Of a DNA stretch of 64,000 nt, positions 9,804 through 18,774 are shown piece after piece. The notes beneath the pieces are model-generated. The model worked only from the letters and a program-made list of their open reading frames with translations, had not been told where the DNA came from and made no database searches. The translations under genes and the position numbers were made by a program. Position 1 is the stretch's first letter, and every line of letters starts with the position of its first letter. Origin of the DNA: Candidatus Levyibacteriota bacterium (lineage in GTDB: Bacteria; Patescibacteriota; Microgenomatia; Levybacterales; UBA12049); the NCBI GenBank assembly GCA_003173895.1, contig PJMG01000001.1:15576-79575 (forward strand), written 5' to 3'.

Positions 9804-11261
9804 TTATGCTGTAAGTGGTAATGCTGTAACTTTATATGAACCAATTTTTTGTTTATATAAATCAGTTTCTACAATATGTCTTCCTAAAATATGGGGATAT
9901 TCATATGCAGGATCTTCTTGATCATGTGTATAGCTGTAAACTTCAATTTGTCCATTTGTTATAACTAAGAGAGATACATGTTTACTATGTGTACCATCTA
10001 AAATATTTGATAAATAAATTCCATCAGAAAGGTAAGAGAAATCTTCAATAATTCTCTCATTTTCAGAAAAACCTAAAGCTTGTTCTACTGTTCTCATAAT
10101 TCTTCCTGAATATTTTCCTACTTGATAACCTAATAATTTAAATGCCCTTCTATATATCTCACTACAATCAAAAATACCTCTTATATAGGGGACATCTAAC
10201 CCATATAAAAAATCTAATAACTCTTGTGGTGTTTCTAATTTTTCAGTTATTTTTTCTGATGATAAGTTATCAATAGGATAAAGACTAACATCTTTAGTCT
10301 TTTCATTTCTTTGGAGTATGTAATATTGTCCTGAATCTTCATAGACAGTATCACCAGGAAGTAATGTCCTTTTTTCTCTATTAATATCAGTATAGAAAAT
10401 AGGTTCACCACCCTTATAGTAAACTACCTTTGCATTTTGAATTATTTTTTGTTCATCGATACTAGCAACTTGATCAATATTAATCCATCCATATCCATCT
10501 CCACTAGTGGCTAATGCATAGTCTCCATAAGTAGCGAGAAGTACTACTTTATCACCACGTCCAAAACTGGTAACTTGCATTAAATTTACTTCATCTGAGT
10601 CAAATTCAGCTGAATTATTACTTGCCGCTATTGAAGTGGGCAACAGATTACCATATGTGATAGAATCTATTACTTCTACTTGTGGTCTTTCATTTGTGTT
10701 AAAAATTTTTAGTCTATCATTACTTTCTATTCCACGTCTTCTTTGACCTAAAGTTGTACGTAAATTCATTTTTAAATCTTCGATTAAAGGAAATATATCT
10801 ATCTGACTATCTATACTCTCCTTTTGAAAAAATGGAATATATACATGCTCAGGAAATAACCGAGAAGTACCATCTATCATACGAGATATCATTGATATTA
10901 CTTCTTGTTCTCCTAATGTAGATATAGATTCTGAAAGATGATTATATGGCGGAAGTTTTTTCAGCTTTTCAGCAAAACTAAGATTAGATACATCAGGAAT
11001 TTCATCTCTTTCGCTTGAAAAAGCTTTATAAGCTTCCTCATCTCCTCTTAACAAAGCAGAAGCTTGAGAAGAAGTGAGATGAACTGAATCTCGATAAATT
11101 TCTGGATCTGCTGCACCTATAAGTTCATTAAGTATTGGGTGGAGTTCATTCAAGGATGTAGGTTGTGTTAAACCTGCACGAACTCTTTTAGCTAAATCAT
11201 TGTAGATATTTAAAGTTAAATTTTCATTCATATTAATTGAATTAGTATTGTAACCAATCAA
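9804..11261 (-). CDS. Hypothetical protein with SH3b-like and NlpC/P60-like (Cys/His) regions, no signal peptide
   Basis: Central GDYALATSGDGYGWINIDQV is bacterial SH3-like. C-terminal GIFDCSEIYRRA followed by GTHSKHV suggests a papain-like Cys...His pair. No N-terminal signal peptide. Confidence 0.45.
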   Translation of the reverse strand: MIGYNTNSINMNENLTLNIYNDLAKRVRAGLTQPTSLNELHPILNELIGAADPEIYRDSVHLTSSQASALLRGDEEAYKAFSSERDEIPDVSNLSFAEKLKKLPPYNHLSESISTLGEQEVISMISRMIDGTSRLFPEHVYIPFFQKESIDSQIDIFPLIEDLKMNLRTTLGQRRRGIESNDRLKIFNTNERPQVEVIDSITYGNLLPTSIAASNNSAEFDSDEVNLMQVTSFGRGDKVVLLATYGDYALATSGDGYGWINIDQVASIDEQKIIQNAKVVYYKGGEPIFYTDINREKRTLLPGDTVYEDSGQYYILQRNEKTKDVSLYPIDNLSSEKITEKLETPQELLDFLYGLDVPYIRGIFDCSEIYRRAFKLLGYQVGKYSGRIMRTVEQALGFSENERIIEDFSYLSDGIYLSNILDGTHSKHVSLLVITNGQIEVYSYTHDQEDPAYEYPHILGRHIVETDLYKQKIGSYKVTALPLTA

Positions 11262-11284
11262 TTAAAAAAGTACAAGAAAATTTT

Positions 11285-11311
11285 TGACAACTTAGTATTT
11301 TTATGTATAAT
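11285..11311 (+). promoter_or_regulatory. Sigma70-like promoter, TTGACA-15-TGtATAAT (extended -10)
   Basis: TTGACA at 11285-11290. TATAAT at 11306-11311, preceded by TG. The ATG at 11319 is 8 nt downstream, implying a leaderless mRNA. Confidence 0.5.
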
Positions 11312-11318
11312 CTAATTT

Positions 11319-12518
11319 ATGTGGCAGCAAGCAAAAAATACATATCATCTTTTTCAAGGAATTACTGCTAATATTTATTATGGAAAACCTGGTAGGAAAT
11401 TAATTGTTATCGGTGTCACGGGAACTGATGGGAAAACCACTACAGTAAATCTTATTTATCATATTTTAAGAAATGCAGGGAAAAATGTATCAATTGTCTC
11501 AACTACAGGGGCCAATATACACGGAAAACAATCAAATTTAGCATTTCATGTTACTAATCCCGCTTCCTGGCCTTTACAGAAATTTTTAAATCAAGCAGCA
11601 AAAACTAACTTTAAAGAGAATTATATTGTTTTAGAAGTAAGTTCTCATGGTATTGACCAACATAGAGTATTTGGAATACCTTTTACTATTGGCGTTGTAA
11701 CTAATATAACTCCAGAACATTTGGATTATCATAAAACTTATAATGAATACGTTAGAACTAAAACTAAGCTTCTTAACAGAGCTAAAATAGCAGTAATAAA
11801 TAAGGATGATAGTTCTTATTCAAAAATATTAAGGTATCTAAAAAATAAAAATGTAGTTACTTATGGCATGGGTAAAAATGTTGATGTAAATGAAAAAATT
11901 TTCTCTTATAAATCACCTCTTATTGGAGATTTTAATAGATATAATGTTTTAGCTGCTATTAGTGCTTGTAAAAGTTTAGGACTAACAAATAAAGAGATAG
12001 CAAAAGGCATTGAAACTTTTAAAACTCCTCTAGGTAGAATGAATAAAATACCCAATAAGCTTGGAATTAATATTATTGTCGACTATGCCCATACTGCTAA
12101 TGGTATTAAACAAGCGCTAACAGCACTCAAAAAACAAAGTAAGAAAAAACTTATTGCAATTGTGGGTGGAGAAGGGTATAGAGATGAAAAGAAAAGACCT
12201 ATTATTGGAGAGGTTGCTACAAAGTTAGCTAATTATGTCATTATTAGTGCTGTGGATCCTAGAGGACTTCAAGAGGAAATTAATAAAGAAATCTTAGCAG
12301 GTGTTAAAAAGGCAGGCGGTAAATTAGATAAAAATATTTTTGTAATAAATGATCGAAAAGAAGCTATTGATTTTGCAATTAATAAACTGGCTAGAAAAGG
12401 AGATACCGTTAGTATGTTTGGTAAAGGGCATGAGAGATCTATGAATATAGATGGAAAACATGAGATTCCTTGGTCAGAATACGAAGCTGTAGCAAGTGCT
12501 CTTAAAAAACATATATAA
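11319..12518 (+). CDS. Mur ligase family protein, MurE-like, lacking the N-terminal substrate-binding domain
   Basis: Mur ligase P-loop GVTGTDGKTTT begins near residue 30. C-terminal GKGHE motif is typical of MurE. SAVDPRG sits at the position of the DNPR-type motif. Confidence 0.6.
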   Translation: MWQQAKNTYHLFQGITANIYYGKPGRKLIVIGVTGTDGKTTTVNLIYHILRNAGKNVSIVSTTGANIHGKQSNLAFHVTNPASWPLQKFLNQAAKTNFKENYIVLEVSSHGIDQHRVFGIPFTIGVVTNITPEHLDYHKTYNEYVRTKTKLLNRAKIAVINKDDSSYSKILRYLKNKNVVTYGMGKNVDVNEKIFSYKSPLIGDFNRYNVLAAISACKSLGLTNKEIAKGIETFKTPLGRMNKIPNKLGINIIVDYAHTANGIKQALTALKKQSKKKLIAIVGGEGYRDEKKRPIIGEVATKLANYVIISAVDPRGLQEEINKEILAGVKKAGGKLDKNIFVINDRKEAIDFAINKLARKGDTVSMFGKGHERSMNIDGKHEIPWSEYEAVASALKKHI

Positions 12519-12547
12519 TCTTCATTTTGAGGAATTAGTATTAAATT

Positions 12548-13480
12548 ATGAATAAGGTATCTTTAATTGGAATTCCTTTAGATTTGGGGGCAGAAAATTT
12601 GGGTGTAGATATTGGCCCTAATGCATTTCGTTATCAACATATTAAAGAGAAACTAGAAGAAAGTGGTATATTTATAAATGATCTAGGTAATATTCTTTGT
12701 AATCCCCGTACTTCTTTAAGAATAGGTGAACCTAAATTGAAGTATCTTCAAGAAATAGTTCGTGTATCAGAAAAATCTGCGAATAAAATTTTTAATATCA
12801 TTAAAAAAAATGGGAGAGTTATTGCTCTGGGAGGAGATCACTCAATAAGCTTAGGTTTAGTCTCGGGCGCTTCGGCAGCATTAAATGGTGATTTAGGATT
12901 AATATATCTTGATGCTCATGGAGATATGAATACTGATAAAACAACTTCTACTGGAAATATTCATGGTATGCATTTAGCATCATTAATGGGTTTTGGAGAT
13001 AAGAGACTTACAAATGTTTATGATACTTCAACTAAAATTAAAAAAGAAAATTTACTTCATATAGGAAGTAATGATCTAGATGAAGGTGAAATTACATTTA
13101 TAAAAAAAGAAGAATTACAATGTTATAGTATATTTGATATTCTATCTCATGGACTAGCTCCTTTATTTAAATTAATTGATAAACTTCAATCCTCCGTTAA
13201 AAATTTATGGATAAGTTTAGATCTAGATGTGATTGACAGCATTTATGCCCCAGGTGCTGGCATGCCTAATAAAGCAGGATTAAGTTATAGAGAAATAACT
13301 ACTATTGCTCAGTATATTGGAAATCATTGTAATATTATTGGATTGGATATCGTAGAGTATAATCCTTTACAAGATATCGAAGGAAAAACTGCTGAATTAG
13401 GAATTGAACTTATTGCTAAATTATTAGGACATAACTATAGTTGGTATACTAATTACATGAAAGAAAACAAAATTAAATAA
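12548..13480 (+). CDS. Arginase/agmatinase (ureohydrolase) family protein, arginase-like
   Basis: Ureohydrolase Mn-binding motifs GGDHS, DAHGD and SLDLDVID. Confidence 0.7.
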   Translation: MNKVSLIGIPLDLGAENLGVDIGPNAFRYQHIKEKLEESGIFINDLGNILCNPRTSLRIGEPKLKYLQEIVRVSEKSANKIFNIIKKNGRVIALGGDHSISLGLVSGASAALNGDLGLIYLDAHGDMNTDKTTSTGNIHGMHLASLMGFGDKRLTNVYDTSTKIKKENLLHIGSNDLDEGEITFIKKEELQCYSIFDILSHGLAPLFKLIDKLQSSVKNLWISLDLDVIDSIYAPGAGMPNKAGLSYREITTIAQYIGNHCNIIGLDIVEYNPLQDIEGKTAELGIELIAKLLGHNYSWYTNYMKENKIK

Positions 13481-13484
13481 GCTT

Positions 13485-14261
13485 ATGAGTAATTCTCTCT
13501 ATGAGCTAGCAAATGAGTATATAAATTTTAGGATTGGATTTAAAAAAATTAATGTTCCATATGCCATATCCTCTTATGCAATTAAAAAATATGGCATTGG
13601 AAGTAATATACAAGCAGCTACTACAGGCAAATTTGAAAATTATTCAGGTAAAGGAACTCCTAATCAAATCAGAAAAGCATTAATTAATGCAGCAAAAAAA
13701 GAAAACTTCAATTTGGATAAAGCTACGTCAAAAGATATTTATAAATTTATGGAATCGCATGGAATAGGTATAGATTGTTCTGGTTTTGTTTATAACATTT
13801 TAAATACATATTTAATTAAAAAAGAAAATAAAAGTTTAGATAATATAATTCTTCGCTATAAAGGAGTATTAGGATATTTTGAAAGATTTTTACTTGTAAA
13901 AAATCGTGTGAGAAGAAGCAGTGCGAATACCTTAACAAATGATTTAAATACAATAAAAATAAATAAAGTAAAAGATATAGAATTAGCCGATATAATCAGA
14001 CTTACTCATTCTGATTGGAAGGGGAAACATATTGCAATTATTGTTGATGTAAATAAAAAATATATTACCTATGCTATGAGCAGTGAGTATACTAAAATTA
14101 AAGGAGCTCATTTTGGGCGAATTAAAATAATAGATCCAGATAAAAGCCTTGAAAAACAACAATGGGAAGAGTTAACAAAGAAGGGTAAAAATTATGGAAG
14201 AGATGAATTTAATCCCAAAAGAGGAGATGCTGTTAAAAGATTAAGAATATTTAGTAAATAA
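13485..14261 (+). CDS. Hypothetical protein with NlpC/P60- or CHAP-like Cys motif
   Basis: GIDCSGFVYNIL with downstream His residues. Weak. Confidence 0.35.
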   Translation: MSNSLYELANEYINFRIGFKKINVPYAISSYAIKKYGIGSNIQAATTGKFENYSGKGTPNQIRKALINAAKKENFNLDKATSKDIYKFMESHGIGIDCSGFVYNILNTYLIKKENKSLDNIILRYKGVLGYFERFLLVKNRVRRSSANTLTNDLNTIKINKVKDIELADIIRLTHSDWKGKHIAIIVDVNKKYITYAMSSEYTKIKGAHFGRIKIIDPDKSLEKQQWEELTKKGKNYGRDEFNPKRGDAVKRLRIFSK

Positions 14262-14294
14262 AATTATCCAGATATTTATTCTAAAATAAAAAAA

Positions 14295-15278
14295 ATGAAA
14301 GTTAAAATAATAGAGCTTCAGAATCTAGCTCATAAAATACTCCATAAATATAATTATTCTACTCAAGAAATAGAAATAATTTTAGAAATACTTATGTATG
14401 CTCAACTACGAGGTAATAATCAAGGTTTAATAAAATTGGTGGGTCAAACTTTCCTTAAAAATTTAGACTCTAAACCTTTAGAGGTATTAAAAGAAACAAA
14501 ACTTTCTATTATCCTTAATGGTAATCAATCTCCAGCCATGATAGTTATGAAAAATGCTATGGATGGGGTTATAAAAAAAGCCTTAGAACATGGTTTTGGA
14601 ATTGCTGGAACTAATAATACTAGTTCGTCTACTGGAGCAATTGGTTATTATGCTAATGAAATAGCTAAAAAAGGATTGATCGGTTTCGTGTTTGCTGGAT
14701 CATCTGAAACTGTGGCTACTTATGGATCTTATGAACCAATATTCGGGACAAATCCTTTAGCAATAGGTATACCATCAGATAAAAACCCTATTGTATTGGA
14801 TATGGCAACAGCCGCAATGGCTTATTTTGGAATTGTGGAAGCAAAAGTTGCTGGAAAATCTATTCCTACTAATATTGCTTATGATTCAGAGGGAAATATA
14901 ACTACTGATCCTACAAAAGCATTAGAAGGAGCAATTATGACATTCGATAGAAGTTATAAAAGTGCAGGCTTAGCTATGATTATAGAAATATTAACTGGGC
15001 CATTAGTTGGTGCTACTTTTACTGGAATAGGTAAAGAAAATAATTGGGGAAATTTAATTTTTGCACTTGATCCGGATTTATTAGTAGATAAGGAAGAATT
15101 TAAACAAAATATTTCTTTGATGGTGAAAAAGATAAAAGGTAGTAAAAAATTACCAGAAACTAAAGAAATTTATGTTCCTGGAGAAAGAGGTAACAATTTA
15201 GCACAAAAAAGAATTTCCTTAGGAGAGATTGAAATTGAAGATAATTTATATAACCAATTAATGAAAATTATCAATTAA
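14295..15278 (+). CDS. Ldh_2 family (malate/L-lactate/pyrroline-2-carboxylate-type) NAD(P)H-dependent oxidoreductase
   Basis: Length and N-terminal pattern (EL..L...ILHKY..S..E.E.I.EIL.YAQLRGNNQG) are typical of the Ldh_2 family. Weak by-eye call. Confidence 0.45.
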   Translation: MKVKIIELQNLAHKILHKYNYSTQEIEIILEILMYAQLRGNNQGLIKLVGQTFLKNLDSKPLEVLKETKLSIILNGNQSPAMIVMKNAMDGVIKKALEHGFGIAGTNNTSSSTGAIGYYANEIAKKGLIGFVFAGSSETVATYGSYEPIFGTNPLAIGIPSDKNPIVLDMATAAMAYFGIVEAKVAGKSIPTNIAYDSEGNITTDPTKALEGAIMTFDRSYKSAGLAMIIEILTGPLVGATFTGIGKENNWGNLIFALDPDLLVDKEEFKQNISLMVKKIKGSKKLPETKEIYVPGERGNNLAQKRISLGEIEIEDNLYNQLMKIIN

Positions 15279-15297
15279 GATAATAAAGTTTAGTGAC

Positions 15298-16035
15298 TTA
15301 AAATGGCTGTTCATTTGGATGATTTTCACTCCACAGTTTTCTAAACTCAGCCAGGGCGATTAAACGAGAATTATTTAAAATCCCTTGATTCAGCGCCTGT
15401 AAATCTGTACGTAATAAAGTCCCTAATTGTGAAAATAGTGTGTCATATTCTGGATGACGAGTGCTATCTCCTTGTAAAGCATAACGTGTAAGAAAGCTAG
15501 CATATGGATCGCGACTAGAGTCAGCTTCTGGGAGAGAAGTATCTATATTTCCTTCATTTGGTCTTATTCTTGGATTCTTTTGATAATAAAGATCTCTTTT
15601 TATCATTCCTTCTAGAATAGAAGGTAAAATATCATGAGGTTTAGGATACATTTGTAAGTTAGTCCTATGATTTGCAGATTCTGTAGCTAGGACATTCCAT
15701 GCGTTAATAATCATTTTTCCTCTCATTGGATCATCTGATGTTCCGAAAGAGGGATTATGCTGATGAGGCGCAGTAATATTTAATATGTCTTCTGGAGAAT
15801 AAGGAGTTATATTTTCTTTATCCAAATAACCACTTGCAATAATCCATTTAAGAATCTCAGGTTGTAATTTAATGTGATCGCCTTGAGCAAATCTAAAAGA
15901 TTGCCTAAATAAACGGTGGGTTAATCCAAGAGTATCAACTTGTCGTTCCACTTTATTCTCAATAGCCATATTAATAAATATAGTAACACAAATTGGTTGC
16001 TTCGTATATAAAGTAGATTTATTACTTATCTTCAA
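15298..16035 (-). CDS. Hypothetical protein
   Basis: ORF. An internal start at MAIENK is possible. Confidence 0.4.
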   Translation of the reverse strand: MKISNKSTLYTKQPICVTIFINMAIENKVERQVDTLGLTHRLFRQSFRFAQGDHIKLQPEILKWIIASGYLDKENITPYSPEDILNITAPHQHNPSFGTSDDPMRGKMIINAWNVLATESANHRTNLQMYPKPHDILPSILEGMIKRDLYYQKNPRIRPNEGNIDTSLPEADSSRDPYASFLTRYALQGDSTRHPEYDTLFSQLGTLLRTDLQALNQGILNNSRLIALAEFRKLWSENHPNEQPF

Positions 16036-16831
16036 TATCTGCAGCTAATTCAAAAGCTTTTTTTGCCAATAAACGAGTTGTATCAATAAAGGGTAAGGGA
16101 GATTGTTCTTCGCTGGTAATGACAACAGGTATTTCTGTACATCCTGCAATAAATGCATCACAACCCATATCTTTTAGTTCTTGAATAAAATGTAGCATTT
16201 TACTTGTAGTTTCGGACGTAGGGCTACCTTCAATAATATCTTTAAAAATTAAATCGTTCAATTGTTTTTGTCTAGTAGGAGATAATGTTAGCGATTTTAT
16301 ACCAACTTTTTTTAACGCATCTTCGTATAACCCATCACTCATAGTAACATCTACTCCTAAAACACCTACCATATTGAACCCTCTTCTTTTACACTCTTCA
16401 ACTGTAATATCAACGATATTCATTACAGGAATTGGAGAAAGTTCTTGGACTTTTTTTATTGCATAATGAGGAGAATTTGATGGTATAAGTGCGAAATCCA
16501 CTCCAGATCTATCTAATAATTCTAAAGATTCTAGGAGTTTCTCTGCCACAACATCCCAATCTTTGGAATGGATAGCAGGATTAATCTCATTTAAAGGTAA
16601 GTTAGAGTAGGTAATTTGTGGATGGATTAGAGTGGTTTCACCAAAATACTTATAGCTTTCATTCATAATAGTCTCTATACATAAAAGCGCTCCGGGAATA
16701 GTTACCCCAGCAATACCAATATGTTTCATAGGCCTTCGAATCTCTCTTCTTTCTGCTTGACCTACTTGAATAACCTGAATTCCTTTATTTTCTAATTCAG
16801 AACTTCTTGGATTATTATCGGGTTGAGACAT
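16022..16831 (-). CDS. Aspartate/glutamate racemase family protein (aspartate racemase-like), paralogue 2
   Basis: ALIPSNSPHY and IAGCTEIP motifs. Clearly paralogous to 7494..8183. Confidence 0.7.
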   Translation of the reverse strand: MSQPDNNPRSSELENKGIQVIQVGQAERREIRRPMKHIGIAGVTIPGALLCIETIMNESYKYFGETTLIHPQITYSNLPLNEINPAIHSKDWDVVAEKLLESLELLDRSGVDFALIPSNSPHYAIKKVQELSPIPVMNIVDITVEECKRRGFNMVGVLGVDVTMSDGLYEDALKKVGIKSLTLSPTRQKQLNDLIFKDIIEGSPTSETTSKMLHFIQELKDMGCDAFIAGCTEIPVVITSEEQSPLPFIDTTRLLAKKAFELAADIEDK

Positions 16832-16892
16832 AAACCAATAAAGTATAACATAGGTAAAAATGTGTTTGCTCTACAGTTTTAACCGAACTTTA

Positions 16893-17234
16893 TTAGAACA
16901 GTTTTTCTCCAATTTTAGCTTCTTTATTAGGAGTGACTAAAACTACATTACCATTTTTATCTTTAACACCTAAGGTTAGTACTTCAGAAATAAATGGACC
17001 AATTTGCTTAGGCGGAAAATTTACTACTCCTAAAACTTGCGTATAAATTAAGTCTTCTTTTTTATAATTAGCTACAATTTGTGCCGATGATTTTTTAATT
17101 CCTATTTCTTCTCCAAAATCTATTTCTAGTTTGTATGCAGGTTTTCTAGCTTCTGGAAAATCTTCCACTTTAATTATTTTTCCAACCTTAATATCTATTT
17201 TTTCAAAACCAGAAAAATCAATCATATTATCCAT
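16893..17234 (-). CDS. Stand-alone tRNA-binding protein (CsaA/Trbp111, EMAP-II-like OB fold)
   Basis: IDIKVGKIIKVEDFPEARKPAYKLEIDFGEE matches the tRNA-binding domain normally found at the PheT or MetRS N- or C-terminus. Confidence 0.65.
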   Translation of the reverse strand: MDNMIDFSGFEKIDIKVGKIIKVEDFPEARKPAYKLEIDFGEEIGIKKSSAQIVANYKKEDLIYTQVLGVVNFPPKQIGPFISEVLTLGVKDKNGNVVLVTPNKEAKIGEKLF

Positions 17235-17298
17235 AGCAATTTATATAAGTGTTGACGGTTGTGTAAGGGAAAGTCGCGACAGAACCACAAGAATTAAA

Positions 17299-18756
17299 TT
17301 AATATGCTTGCGCAAAATACCATCTGTATTTTGCATCTTTACCACAATAAATGCATTTACCGTTTTCTTCTTTTGTATCAAAAGATAAACAGCGAGTAGT
17401 AGCTTTTGTTTCTTCTTTAATTTTAGCTTCACAGTTAGCATCTTCACACCATAATGCTTTTATAAAACCACGTTTAGTCGCCATAATTTTTTTGAATTCA
17501 TCATAGGAATCAATTGTATGGGTATTTTCATCTAAAAATTTCTTAGCATTTTTAAAAAGTTGATTTTGAACTTTTGAAAGTAAATGATCTACCTCCACTC
17601 CCGCTTTATCTAAAATAATTTCAAAACTATTTTTATCTTCAATACTAATTCTAGTTTTTACTGTTAATGATCTATTTTCTAACTCTTTTAAGCCAACGAC
17701 AATTCTAACTGGTATGCCTTTTAATTCTGCTTCGTTATTTTTAAAACCAAATGTTTTCCAACTCTCATCCCAAATTTCTATACCACCTGGAAATTCTGAA
17801 CTACTACTTTCTAAAATCTCTTTAATTTTTTTGGCATAATCCAGTATTTTTTCGTCTTCTTTGCCTAAGATTGGAATTATTACTATTTTAGTTGGTGCTA
17901 TTTTAGGAGGAAGAATGAGCCCTTGATCATCTCCATGAGTTAAGAAAAGGCCACCTAAACTTCGAGTAGAAAAACCCCAAGAAGTTTGCCAAACAAAATC
18001 ATTATTCCCTTCTTTATTTTGAAATGAAATATTAAAAGCTTTAGAAAAATTTTGTCCTAAATTATGAGATGTACACGCTTGAAGAGCTTTACCATCTGGC
18101 ATAAGTGCTTCCACTGTAAAAGTAGTTTTAGCACCAGCAAATTTTTCTTTTTCACTTTTTCGACCTGTTATAACAGGCATTGCATAATAATTCTCATAAG
18201 TTGTTTGATACCACTCAAGTGCTTTAGTTTGCATTTCTATTGCTTCCTTTTCGGTAGCATGAGCTGTATGTCCCTCTTGCCATAGAAATTCTGTAGTTCT
18301 AAGAAATAAATATGTTCTTTTTTCCCATCTAACTACATTATTCCATTGATTAATAAGTAGAGGTAAATCTCGCCAGGACTGAATCCACTTAGAATAAGTA
18401 TCGTACATAATAGTTTCTGAAGTAGGACGAACTACAACTGGCTCTTGAAGTTTCTCACCCCCACCAATAGTCACTACTGCTAATTCTGGTGAAAATCCTT
18501 CTACATGACTTTTCTCGCGATTTAAAAATCCCATTGGGATAAAAAGAGGGAAGTAAGCATTCTTTACTCCATAACTTTTAAACATCCTATCCAAAATATT
18601 CTGGACATTTTCCCAAATTGAATAACCATAAGGACGAATAATCATAGTTCCCTTAACAGGACCATAATCAGCTAGTTGAGCTTTTAAAACCACATCGTTA
18701 TACCACTCAGAAATGTTTTCAGATTTTTTAGTAATTTCTTTTTTATCAAAACTCAT
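17299..18756 (-). CDS. proS: Proline--tRNA ligase (archaeal/eukaryal-type class II)
   Basis: N-terminus SEWYNDVVLKAQLADYGPVKGTMIIRPYGYSIWE and class II motifs. C-terminal Zn-binding C..C...C..C. Confidence 0.85.
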   Translation of the reverse strand: MSFDKKEITKKSENISEWYNDVVLKAQLADYGPVKGTMIIRPYGYSIWENVQNILDRMFKSYGVKNAYFPLFIPMGFLNREKSHVEGFSPELAVVTIGGGEKLQEPVVVRPTSETIMYDTYSKWIQSWRDLPLLINQWNNVVRWEKRTYLFLRTTEFLWQEGHTAHATEKEAIEMQTKALEWYQTTYENYYAMPVITGRKSEKEKFAGAKTTFTVEALMPDGKALQACTSHNLGQNFSKAFNISFQNKEGNNDFVWQTSWGFSTRSLGGLFLTHGDDQGLILPPKIAPTKIVIIPILGKEDEKILDYAKKIKEILESSSSEFPGGIEIWDESWKTFGFKNNEAELKGIPVRIVVGLKELENRSLTVKTRISIEDKNSFEIILDKAGVEVDHLLSKVQNQLFKNAKKFLDENTHTIDSYDEFKKIMATKRGFIKALWCEDANCEAKIKEETKATTRCLSFDTKEENGKCIYCGKDAKYRWYFAQAY

Positions 18757-18774
18757 AATTTTAGTATATAAAAT

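Noticed and set aside
17131-17447. Two small ORFs (85 and 68 aa) between and overlapping the proS and CsaA-like genes
   Set aside because: They overlap the better-supported minus-strand genes and have no RBS or motifs.
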